Shown here: one piece after another, positions 26,601-37,500 of the stretch | How the letters are laid out: each line of letters starts with the position of its first letter | Position numbering within the stretch: position 1 is the first letter of the stretch | From: Strigamia acuminata | Lineage: Eukaryota | DNA: 64,000 nt | Assembly (NCBI GenBank): GCA_949358305.1 | Contig: OX442314.1 | Span: 18,848,001 to 18,912,000, forward strand | Direction: 5' to 3' | Made by a program: the position numbers and the translations under genes | The notes under the pieces: model-generated | The model's input: only the letters and a program-made list of their open reading frames with translations | Told to the model about the DNA's origin: nothing | Database searches by the model: none

Positions 26601-27147
26601 TATGAAATGAACTTAATTGTACCTTGAAAGGATATTTTTATTTGGATTTGGATGTGGTCTGGTTGCAATTCCTGGGTAGGTTGGTTTTCCAACTTCCATA
26701 GCCTCATTGTAAGCATCAGAATTTAAGTACCTTGATCTAAATCCAACCTAAAAAAATATTGTTAGGTGATTGTAATAGTAATAATACTACTAATTATTAT
26801 TGTATTACTTTATTATTTTCTATTACGTATTTATAAATAATAGTGTAACCGTCATAAACATGGTTGACTTCAAAACCGCTAGGCAATGTGAATTTACCAT
26901 TTCCAAGTTTGAAGTAGGTTCCTGATAACCATTTTGGTAAAGTTCCTTTAAAGTGAAAGTGAAAGTTTTGAATTTTTACTTTATATTATCTTAAAATAAT
27001 GCAATGAATGAAATGAAATGAAATTGAATACTATAACCAATCAAAACCCCAATTGCTTAAGACAGTGAAGTAGTTACCGGATATAGAGACTTCTTGCACA
27101 ACATTTGTTTCTTCAACATTACTCTTAAACAAATCTTTGGCTGACAT
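23632..27147 (-). CDS. Carotenoid oxygenase paralog 4, divergent ancestral-type (529 aa, 10 exons, four Fe-ligand His intact)
   Basis: Exons 27147-27078, 26945-26809, 26747-26623, 25549-25408, 25343-25193, 24964-24750, 24574-24326, 24261-24052, 23985-23868, 23804-23632 (1590 nt); AASHCH, HSHSFG, FQHIVNTYE, TEPIFV, GNHGTF. Confidence 0.9.
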
Positions 27148-27196
27148 GATTGTGGCCACCAACGCTAGAAATGCGAGTTGATTTTCTAACACACCC

Positions 27197-27202
27197 TTTA
27201 TA
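27197..27202 (-). promoter_or_regulatory. Candidate TATA box of paralog 4
   Basis: TATAAA on the minus strand ~50 nt upstream of ATG 27147. Confidence 0.45.
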
Positions 27203-27511
27203 GCCGAAGGAATTTTTTAATGCTTTACAATTTGCATGTAGGTGGTTTTTATAACAGTTTTGTTTCTCTTGTAGATAAAATCATTTGCTCAAAACATTTG
27301 TTATCTCTTTAAGTGCAACTTGAGTGCAACATGTGCAACATGTGCAACTTAAAGATATAACAAAGATTGTAAAGTCAAGGTTAAGAGATTGATACTCTTG
27401 GAAGTGTTTAATTGGGATTGTTGACAAATCCAGTGAGATTGGGTGACATTAAAATTTGCAAATCCCAACAAATTGTAGAAAATTACAATGGGTGCATTCA
27501 GGTTGGTTAAG

Positions 27512-27700
27512 CAGTGACGTAGCAATCGGGGGTGCAGCGCGTGCATGGGTGCGGGCTCACGAGTCTAGGGAGCCCATGGAGGATGAATGGTGACTTTTTA
27601 TAATTTTTTTTAGGTTTATAGGTGTTTTAGAAGATGAAAAGGCCAAAGGGCTCATCATCAAACTTGCACACGGGTCTATTGATGTCTTGGTACGCCACTG
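27512..27700. mobile_element. hAT-type MITE
   Basis: cagtgacgta...tacgccactg with perfect 8-bp TSD tggttaag. Confidence 0.8.
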
Positions 27701-28895
27701 TGGTTAAGCAAATACTTAAAGTTTACTTAAATGTATAACGGGACGTGGTGAACACCGGGATCGGATGGTCACCCTACTAGCAGGTGATAATTATATTTAT
27801 GAAAGAATAAAATTAGACTACTGTCTAAGAGAAGATAACACCAGATAGTTTCTGAATGCACCTATTGTTTGTATTTGCGTATTTTAAAATAATACATTTT
27901 CATTTCCTGCACTTTTAGTGCATTTATAGTGCATTTCATCTTTAAGTTGCTGGCTGACGGTATCTGGAAGTGCATATCTCGAAATAAAGAATAGTAAGTT
28001 TTCATATTGGTGGCTGGCATATGGTATTTGAGATCACACGAGATTGTGTGCAAAAGATACAGAACTCACTACTTAAGGTTTAGATTAAATGCCGCTATTA
28101 ATTAACAGCTGCAATGCGTGGCCAATTTTTAAACAACTAATGCTTATACGCAGAAATGGTTATTATTTAACATTTATTTCATTAGTCTTGCAATTACTCG
28201 TCAACGTCTATACATGAATGCGAGAAGAGAGTATCAGTGCCAGGTGTAAAAACGATAAGATCGTAAAAATTCGTTGGAGTTAACTGTGGGTTATTTACAT
28301 TGTTGTATGTCCAGCAGCCAATTCACCAAGTGTAATGATAAAATTGGCCTTTTTACTTAAATAATGAAAAAGTAGTGTTACAACACACAGTAAAGGATTC
28401 TCTGTGTTGTAACTGTTTGTAACAATGTGAGAGCGGTGCATTTAAATAAAGAGAGTATTGACTGTTTAGATAATAACAATACTTTATTTTAAAAAAATTA
28501 AACATTTGTGGGTTACACACTCCTACATCAGTGTTGGTTTGAGGATACAAAAGGTTGGAAATCCCCAATCCATCAATGAAATAATGTATCCCTTTGTTTA
28601 CAGAGACATTTATAGAAAGAAATCTTGGTAAACAAAAAAATATTGGTGTTGGTTGTAGCAACAGGACAACAATCAAAATCACAAGGAAATTTGAGCGAGA
28701 ATATTTTGCATCAAAAAAAAAAATCAGACAACTTTAACGACTTTCTCAGTTATTTTAACCTTAATCCAATTGAACATTTATGAGATAATTTCTTGATTTG
28801 GAACAAAAAGTTCCTCTTAGAGTTCTGGAAAAAATGTTCCATGGTTGAAATTAGCAATTTTTGAAGATTGGTGTAAAATATCTCCATCAGTGCTA

Positions 28896-29230
28896 TACTC
28901 TGGTTTGACTCAAGAGTATGTCCTTCTAAGAGCCGCATGACTGGTGTAGTGATCCAAAAATGTAGACCCAAACACCAGAAATGCATTCCAATGTGCAGCC
29001 ATTTTGTAATCGAGTATGAGTTTTTGATTTAAATCTTCATAAAACTTTATTTATTCAAAGGAAGTAACATTTATGTACACAAATAATCGAAATTATATTA
29101 ACTTAAATGGTTATAGCAATCACAAATCATAATAAAAATAAAAACTACTTCTCCTAGTGGTAGTAATACAAACTTGAGTTAGGAGTAATGCGGCTCTTAG
29201 AAGGACATACTCTTGAGTCGAACCAGAGTA
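28896..29230. mobile_element. MITE with ~45-bp TIRs and TA TSD
   Basis: tactctggtttgactcaagagtatgtccttctaagagccgcat / near-perfect inverse. Confidence 0.8.
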
Positions 29231-29239
29231 TACTAAAAT

Positions 29240-29563
29240 TGCTTGAAAGCATGGCTGAATGATTGAAAGCAATACTACAGGCTAAAGGAGGGCCAACAAA
29301 GCCTTAACATTGCTGTAAGGTTTCTCGATGTTAAACAGAGTTTGTAAACTTACTTTTGCCTCTTACTTTTTGATGTCACTTCGCAAAATAATTTCTTTCT
29401 CAGAAACTAATGGATAGATTTTGATAAAATTTTAGGTGAATAAAGTAAGATGTTGTACAAGCATCCAGTTACAATTTCATTAATTTTCCTCTTTTTTTTC
29501 CCGAGATACAGCCGGGAGAATTAACATGATGCGTTTGTAAACTTACTTTTGCCCCCCACTGTA
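29240..29563 (+). mobile_element. 3' remnant of a Tc1-like element
   Basis: Decayed transposase end (AKGGPTK) followed by repeated gtttgtaaacttacttttgcc and terminal cactg-TA. Confidence 0.55.
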
Positions 29564-30093
29564 TACTTTTGAGGTCACCACACGTATTAAAGTACTGTAT
29601 CTTTCCTATGCCTGACCTTTTAGTTTTAGTTTTAGTTTTTAGTTTTGAGCAGCTGACTGTCGCAGTTTTGAGCAGCTGACTGTCTCTGGTGACAGTTTGA
29701 AGCTTTTAGTTGAAGCACTCTTATCTTTAAGCAGTGAAGCAAGCTTTACTGTTAAGCTGGAGTTTTAAGGGGTACCCATTTTGCAAGTAGAATATCTAAT
29801 TAAATAAATGATGAATCATTACAAATTTCACCTGAGATTTAATTTATTATCACATAAACAAATTCACAAATTTTCAAAAAAATAAATTACTAGGAAATAC
29901 ATTTTCTTATTCAACAAAGTGGTTGTCCATAAATCCGTATAACCTAATGCCTCCGAGGGATTATTTACAAGCTCACTTAACCCGCTTTTGGCTTACCAGC
30001 TTAATAACTGGCAAACTCAAGGTAGCTAGCTACTAAATAAAATTTGGATCTTTTTCTTCTATTCTTTATACGAGAATTTACTGATAGGAAATT

Positions 30094-30369
30094 ATAACCA
30101 CGAATGAGATTAGGCCTAACAAAACAACAATTGTTTTCTCGACCTTGCGGGTACAAACCGCATTTAACGTTTGATGCTTGGTTGGTAATGCCGCAACAGG
30201 TGGCACCAATAGCAAGAGAACAAAATTTTTGAATCTAGAATTATGCATGGTGAGAGGAATTTCTTCTTGGTAAGAACCAATGAGACGTCAAAAGCTGTTT
30301 GTTACGCACGTCGGGATTGGTCGGGAGAACGATTGTTATTTTTTTAGGCCTAATCTCATTCGTGGTTAT
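30094..30369. mobile_element. MITE
   Basis: TIRs ataaccacgaatgagattaggcctaa / ttaggcctaatctcattcgtggttat. Confidence 0.7.
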
Positions 30370-30603
30370 TTATAGCCCTAGCTAGTGGTAAATTCTCGCC
30401 AAAATCCTGCCAAGAATTTTCAAACAATTCTGATTGGCTGCCAAAGTCACATGACCAAAACACAAGCAAACTCGGTTTGATTGAAGCGGGTGAGTACAAG
30501 CTCACTTCAAAGCAAAGCTTTGAATATGCTTGTGTTTGCTCAAGCGGGCGAGTTTTTAGCCACTTTTTCATGTAAAAGCAAGCTTTCAAATTTTACCTGC
30601 TAA

Positions 30604-30942
30604 CATGCTGAAGGCGCTGAAGTGGTTGTTCTAATAATCACAATCACTGCATTATTGAGGATCCACACCAGGTCCAAGTGATTATTCTGCATGTCACATG
30701 ACTTTATTCTTATTTTTTTTATTTTATGATTTACTTTTGTTATTTATTTGTTATTAATTATTTATTTTTATTTATTTAATAATTTAGTTTTAGAATTCTT
30801 CAGCACTAACAACTCCTTTTCAGATGATTATACATAAGCGCTGAAGTGCTGAAGCGATTATTCATGTGATTGGTCCACACAGGTCACACGATAATTGCTT
30901 CAGCACAATAATCGTCATAATCACTTCAGCGCCTTCAGAATG
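30604..30942. mobile_element. MITE-like inverted-repeat element
   Basis: ctgaaggcgctgaagtg / cacttcagcgccttcag. Confidence 0.55.
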
Positions 30943-31404
30943 TCATTTTTGAAATCCCTTATTGTTGAACGATCAATGCAGCTCAAATGAGGGATGACGT
31001 TAGATTTTGTGCAGTTGTAGCCTATAGCTTTTATAACCATAGTGTTTCCTTCCTGATACTATAAACATCGATATAGAAGCGTCTTTTTCCGTAACAAATT
31101 CTTTTGATAAATCATAAAATCTTACAATGGTAATATTTACTTCGCAAATTTAATTTAATTGCTTCTTCCTCCAGCTGTTTCTATTTTTATTTGTGAAACT
31201 ATAAACTGAATGCCAGTGGGCGGTATTAGGCCATGCAAGTTGCTATCTGTGGGTCGGCTTTCTTATTTACAAACAAATGGTCTTTATTTTCTAATTTGTA
31301 TTCATTTTATTTATAATGAAATACTGCTAGAGTTGTTGCAATGTGCACGACAAAGTATTTTATGTTGATTTATTAAAGAGTCCTATTTAAAAAGAAATAA
31401 ATAA

Positions 31405-34344
31405 TGTGAGAATGATAAAGACAACCGATCAAGATGATTGTCTAAACTAGACTGATTTATTCATAAAACCTAGAACCAATCATCCAAAAGATAGAACAAG
31501 TCTCGAAATGACCCCCAGGGGGAGCTATCGCTCACACGACCCCCCTTTTTGGGTTGTCGCCCTCGACAACAAAACAAAAAATTCAACAATTTCGATACAA
31601 TGCGATTTTCTAATGCACAACAAGCCTCCGATAACTCCTCGCTCATCTTTGTCGAGTCCGTCTCTCCCGTCAAAGTCTCTTCCTGTTCTTCGGCAAAATA
31701 TCTCTTAAGCTCCAGGTCCTCCAGCCAGCCCGGCTCCAAATTTTCTCGTACAATCTTGCCCTTGTGACTCGATTCGTCTTCATTTTCATTCGCCTCATTC
31801 TTATCGTGTTCCTCGCCTTTCTCGTCGTGTTCCTCACCATATTTCGCGTCAACTTCATTGAACCCCGGAACCGTTTCGTCGAATTTTGATCTGTCCTCTC
31901 CCAAATTCACATTTTCTACGATCGCAACTAGCTCGATTTTCGTAACGTCAAGTTCTAAGTTCTCCTTCCCGCATTCCACGCCAAGATCGTCGTCGTTTTC
32001 AACAAATTCTTCGTCGTTGTTGTCAAAAATGCCATTTTCGTTTTCAACTTGATCGTTTTTTTCAAATTCGTCAACTTCTCCGTCCTTGTCGTCGTCTGCT
32101 ACGTCCAAAATCTTGTCATATTCCACGACCAGTGACAAACACACGTTTTCTCGGTTCGCCTCTTTCTCGAATATTGCGCAACCAACAGTCCGAACCTTGC
32201 TGCGATCTCTTGAAACATTCATGTCGCCATTCGGTTCCAAAATCAGCCTCAGACCTTCTTGCCTACGCCAGTCTGTGCCTACGATGATAGGAAAAGGTAA
32301 ACCTGACGACACTGCTACATTCCTCATTCTCGATTGAATATCGCCAATACGAAACGAAATGTCGAGAAATCCATCGATCTCCAACGGGCCATTGACGGAA
32401 TGAAAACTGGCCCCCGATCTATTCGCTCTTAATTCCGTATTGTCTTTCAAAAATCTGCCGTCGATAATTGTCAAGTTTGCGCCCGGATCAATCAGCGCCT
32501 CAACGTCCGTGTCAAACTCCTCCACACTACACGCAACGACCGTCAAATTCATCTCCGGTTTCCTCGTCTTGACAACACAAGCTATAACCTTCTCCGGCGT
32601 TTTCTCCGTCGTAACTGCTCCCGCACTTGCCAACAAACAGTCGAAAGACACGTGTCCGATCTTACCGCACTTAAAACACGTGAGAGTAGATTTATCCATC
32701 CCGTATCTATATTGCACGTGACGTTGTGAGTTCTTGTTCGTCGACGCCGCCGAAAATGCTTCCTTCGTCGATTCCCTCACCACGTCCTCCGCTGCTCGTT
32801 TAACTTCGACGTTACTACTATTTTTGTCCGTTGTCTTCACTTTTCTCGCCCCGTCCAAACCCCTCGCGCGATGTAAAAGCTCCTCAACCGAACCGATGTT
32901 GCCAGATGCCAACGGAAACGACACCAACTCCTCGCCAATTCCGCCCAAAATCATCGACACTCGATCCGATTCACTTATACGGCTCGCACAACGCTCTAGT
33001 AAAGTGTTCTTTGAATAAATGTAATGAACGATCGTCTCCGATGCTTCCAGTTTTCTTTTCTTTTGCATTTCAAAGAATTCGTTCAAGTTCATGCGGCACT
33101 TAAATCTATCTTCTAGAGCCCACATCCAGCCCTCCAAACTCGATATTTTCTTTCCTTCAGTCTTCTGCCAGTCGCTGGCGTGACCTTCTAGCCTCGTTGC
33201 TGCGTTCAATAGCGTCAGATCGTCCGTCCAGGCCGAAAGCTTCGCCACGCGTTTTACCTCCTTCACCCACGAATGCACGTTCTCCTTATCGTCGCCCGAA
33301 AAAGAGGATATGGCTTTTACGGTGTCGACGGTTGAGTGCATCTGCACCACCGTGGTCGCGGGACCCGTCTGCGAACACTGGGACGCGATGAGGCGGTTCA
33401 TCACCAAAGTATTTTGTGCCAACAACTCCGAATTCCGCGTCTCCTTCTCCGCATTACGCGCCTCCGTTTCCGCATTACGCTCCGCCGTCTCCGACTTGTC
33501 CCGCATCAACATCTTCATCATCTCGGCCATTTGAAAAACCATCAATTCGGCGGACGATGCCCCACTTCCGCCGGCCGGACGTGCCGCCTCCTCCGCTTCC
33601 AGTTTCTCCGCCTCCAACCTTTCTTTCGCCAATTCCTCCGCTGACGTTTTCTCTACGATCTCCGCATCGTCTTCCACCAACTTCTCCGCCGCGATTCTCT
33701 CCGCCTCCGCCGCCTCAAACGCAACGATTTCCTTGTTATTTTGCAAAAGTACCGTCATCAAGTCTTGCTTCAAATTGCTCGTCGATTCCAATCCGCGCCT
33801 GTCGATTTCTCCTTTCAAAATCGTCACCGTGAATACGTTCAGGACGTCCTCGACGACGGACAAAAGCGACGAACGACATCCTTGCAAAATTACCGCCAAA
33901 TTTTCCGCCATTACGTCCGCCACGTGTTTCGCAAAATTTTCAACAACAATCACCGATCTCGTCAACCACCGACAATGATCACCAACAACTTTTCAACTGC
34001 TTATATACGTCTCCGTCTCCAAATCGAACGTTATCTGGACGTTTTCCACGTGTAACGCGCGTCGTCTCCTTCGTCTCCGTCCCCAAATTTCTCCGCAACT
34101 CGATTTTCGAAAATGTTAAGCCCACGCGCTCTTCATCCAAATCGCCGTCATCAATTTCCAACTGTTTCAACTATTTCACCTTCCCCAAAGTCTTTTTATG
34201 TCGACTGCGCCATGTGAGAATGATAAAGACAACCGATCAAGATGATTGTCTAAACTAGACTGATTTATTCATAAAACCTAGAACCAATCATCCAAAAGAT
34301 AGAACAAGTCTCGAAATGACCCCCAGGGGGAGCTATCGCTCACA
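31405..34344 (-). mobile_element. Non-autonomous Ty3/Gypsy-type LTR retrotransposon (2940 bp; Gag-protease only)
   Basis: Identical 132-bp LTRs 31405-31536 and 34213-34344 (TGTGAG...CTCACA); 5-bp TSD aataa; PBS TGGCGCAGTCG (tRNA-Ser type) next to the 5' LTR; PPT AAAAAGGGGGG before the 3' LTR. Confidence 0.95.
31470..33911 (-). CDS. Gag-protease polyprotein (813 aa from first ATG): SAP-like domain, coiled coil, capsid, CCHC knuckle, aspartic protease, acidic tail
   Basis: FTVTILKGEIDRRGL...KQDL (SAP-like); FSGDDKENVHSW...LEGHASDW (capsid); CFKCGKIGHVSFDC; ALIDPGA...IIVGTDW; no RT, RNase H or integrase motifs; stop lies inside the 3' LTR. Confidence 0.9.
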   Translation of the reverse strand: MAENLAVILQGCRSSLLSVVEDVLNVFTVTILKGEIDRRGLESTSNLKQDLMTVLLQNNKEIVAFEAAEAERIAAEKLVEDDAEIVEKTSAEELAKERLEAEKLEAEEAARPAGGSGASSAELMVFQMAEMMKMLMRDKSETAERNAETEARNAEKETRNSELLAQNTLVMNRLIASQCSQTGPATTVVQMHSTVDTVKAISSFSGDDKENVHSWVKEVKRVAKLSAWTDDLTLLNAATRLEGHASDWQKTEGKKISSLEGWMWALEDRFKCRMNLNEFFEMQKKRKLEASETIVHYIYSKNTLLERCASRISESDRVSMILGGIGEELVSFPLASGNIGSVEELLHRARGLDGARKVKTTDKNSSNVEVKRAAEDVVRESTKEAFSAASTNKNSQRHVQYRYGMDKSTLTCFKCGKIGHVSFDCLLASAGAVTTEKTPEKVIACVVKTRKPEMNLTVVACSVEEFDTDVEALIDPGANLTIIDGRFLKDNTELRANRSGASFHSVNGPLEIDGFLDISFRIGDIQSRMRNVAVSSGLPFPIIVGTDWRRQEGLRLILEPNGDMNVSRDRSKVRTVGCAIFEKEANRENVCLSLVVEYDKILDVADDDKDGEVDEFEKNDQVENENGIFDNNDEEFVENDDDLGVECGKENLELDVTKIELVAIVENVNLGEDRSKFDETVPGFNEVDAKYGEEHDEKGEEHDKNEANENEDESSHKGKIVRENLEPGWLEDLELKRYFAEEQEETLTGETDSTKMSEELSEACCALENRIVSKLLNFLFCCRGRQPKKGGRVSDSSPWGSFRDLFYLLDDWF

Positions 34345-34506
34345 AATAAACAATTTGTAAATGGAAAAAAAAGAAGAAAAATACTATTTAATCAGTTAAA
34401 CTTCTGTATTCATTAAAGCAACTCAATGACTTTAATGGAATAATTTATCACAATTTTTATAATAAACTTTCTTGTCCCCTGCTCTAGAAATTATATACAG
34501 ACAATT

Positions 34507-37500
34507 TTACAATTTGGAATCACTTACATATCGATTTCTTTTTTTCAAAACTTTTTTTTCCTCAACGTCAACAGCACCTCTTTTTTTGACTAGTTTGTAT
34601 TGATTCATAAGAGCCACCACGGTTATACCTATGACCAATATGGTCAATATACACACGCCCAATGCAATAGCCATCGCTAGGAAGGGGCTAATAACTTCAG
34701 AATTGTTTTCAACCCATTGAACGGCAGGCACTTTGGAAGATGTGATAGAAATGGGTTTGATCTGTGCCATGCAGGCAATGTTTGACATTTTCCCGGACAT
34801 TTTGTATTTATTACGCAGTTTTAGTGCAAAACAGAATGAGGATTTGAAATCTGCGAACGGCAATTGAATTTGTCTTGTATTTTTTGTTTTGTCAATTTGT
34901 TGTTCTGACACTAGAATTCCGTCCGTTGTTGAGTTGAATTTGGTTGCCAAAAGCTGTATGTCTTTACTCCAACGAATGTCGTATTCAACTGCATCTAAAG
35001 AATTGGATAATGAATGCATTCTAATTTTTTATTATTACATTAGTTTTTGTCTGTTTTTCACTTACCATTTTTATTATTACCGGTTGTCCACTGAAGTAAT
35101 AGGACGTCTTGTTCTGTGGCTGGTACATCAATGCGTAGATCCAATACTCTCGTTGGATATCTCATTGGTGAATCATCTGGAATACGTTCATCTACATATA
35201 TAGAGCCTGTAATGACTTGTCTTTGCAAGGGAAAGTATTTTGAAGCTGAATCTTCTGCAAAATAAAAAATTAGTTTAAATTGTAAAGACATTTCTAATTT
35301 TTAGTCCATGCACCTTCTAAAACATTTATTGAAATTGTTATGTAATACCATCCTGCCTCTTTCAAAGGTGAAAGAATGGCTGTGTAGATGTTGTCTGCAC
35401 CTACGATGTCTGGATCTAAAAAGTAATAAAATTGATTTTAACTGCAAAAGGAAAATATTTCCAAAAATTTGGCACATTCATAAAGTCATTTAGACTAAAC
35501 AGAATTTTAAACAACATATTTAAACAGCTTGTCTCGACTCGATCTAACTTTAAAAATGGCGGCCGATTTTGAGTCGCAGTGGGAATGTGCACGACATTTA
35601 AAAAAATGTTTTACTACAGTTAGTTAAAGATAACTTTAAGAATGCTCCGACTGTGTATATTTGGATTGCTAGTTACCTTTTCCATTATCAAATAGTTCTA
35701 GTTTTTTCAGCTTTCCTGTGGGAGCATGTTTTATGTAGGCAATTACGGTGGAGTTAACAAATTTAGTTGGGGAACTTATTTGAGCATAAACGAAAGGTAA
35801 ATCTCTTGCTGAAGTCTGATTAGGAAAATACTGGGATATAATTATGCAAGTCCACCCGTGGACCAAAAAAAAGAGACAATTTTGTTTATCTTACCTTAAT
35901 ACGATTCACACTTAACCAACTTTGAACAGATACACAAGATGTACACTTGACACTTACATCAACAAAAATATCTTGTAGTGAGTCATCAGATAAGATTGCG
36001 AGCCGCCATAATCCACTCTTAGAATAGACATGCAGTTAAGTTGTTAATGAGATCAAGATATAAAAGAACAAATAACATTTTATAATGTTAGTTTCAAGTT
36101 TACTGCTGACAGTGATTAAATGAAAACAAAATATAAATATAAAGAAAATATAAATATAAACCTCGGGTTTCATTGCTCTGCATGTAGCTATTCTTCTGGA
36201 CAGGTCCTGTGTGCACATTTCACTATGAGTTAACAAAATTGGTGGATTATTTGGTGGTATTACGACGACTTCTTGAATTGAGTCAAGGACTGTTGATATA
36301 ATAGTGATAATTAACTCGTCGGCATCAGTCTCAACGTAAAAAATGTACGTTTTCCCCTTCGTATACAATTCATTTATAATCTAGAAGAAAAAGAAAGTTT
36401 TAAAATGGTATTTTAGTTTCTGTTAGCAGTTAAAGTTTACCGTTATGACGTGTTGTGTATTGGGATAATGCAAATGAAGTATTTTATTGAGAGCATGGTT
36501 TAGTGCTTTTCCAATGTCCTTTGGTTCCGGAAGCATTAAATTATTTATGTTTGCAGAGTTGTATTTCGGATATGGTGTTATTCTGAAGGGGTTTGTAAAG
36601 AAAAAAAACATTTCTACATTGGTAAACCTGTCGATTTGACTTGCACCCTCAAAATTGCCAAATATTGGAATGAAAAATACTGTTTGGTATCTACTATGAT
36701 TTTTATACATCTAAAACGAAAAATGAAAAGAATTGGAACGAGTAATTGTGATAAGTATTTTCTTCTTACATTATTTGCAATATTTAATGCTGCTTCTAAA
36801 TTGGGTTGACCGTTTGGTTCGTGAGGTAATGCGTACAAAAAGTCTTCCCTGCTTTGCATATCAGAGATTTCTGTTAATTTAAGTAAGAGTTCAGCATTTC
36901 CTTCTTTATGTTCGATTAAAGACACGAGTGTGAGTTTTGGTAATTCGTTTAGTATTAAGAATGCCATTGCTTGTTGAAATTGCAGTAGCTAAAAATTAAA
37001 TGAATAAATTAACTTTATTTTGTACGCAAGCACCTTGCATTGAATTTTTGACCATTGAATGATAATTGTGCGATGCATCTATAATGAAAATCACGTGCAG
37101 TTGAGCTTGTTTCACAATACTGAATTTTGGTTGGACGAACTGATGTGGCTTCAGACTGAAAAATACTTTCAATGAGATTTGTATAACTAAGTGCAGTTGG
37201 CGCCTGGTTTCTTAATCCCAAATTCAAACAGCGCATTCCGTTCTGCGCACTGTATTCCCGTAGACACCTTGTTATATCAATATTAGGCCTAATTTTAGTA
37301 GGCTTAATATTGTTAAACCAGAGAAAATAAATAGTAATACTAATAAATCAATAAAAAAAATATAATTTATATTTTTGACTGTATTTAAACCATGTCAACT
37401 GTCTAATGCGCAGTTTGTAATTTGGATTTAGCATCAAGTTGCCAGGCGCGAACTGGATAAATACGGACGAAACCTGTTTAAGTCATCGTGGTCCATCATT

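Noticed and set aside
1..27147. Bacterial or fungal horizontal origin of the oxygenases
   Set aside because: Multiple spliceosomal introns, host-like AT content and metazoan BCO/RPE65-type motifs.
31508..34170. Many short ORFs overlapping or adjacent to gag-protease
   Set aside because: Mostly antisense or alternate-frame shadows of a GC-richer ORF; no RT, integrase or env motifs seen.
37015..37236. 73-aa ORF in the CLCA-like gene
   Set aside because: Wrong frame; the CLCA-homologous exon (PKFSIVKQAQLHVIFIIDAS) is 37155-37053 in another frame.
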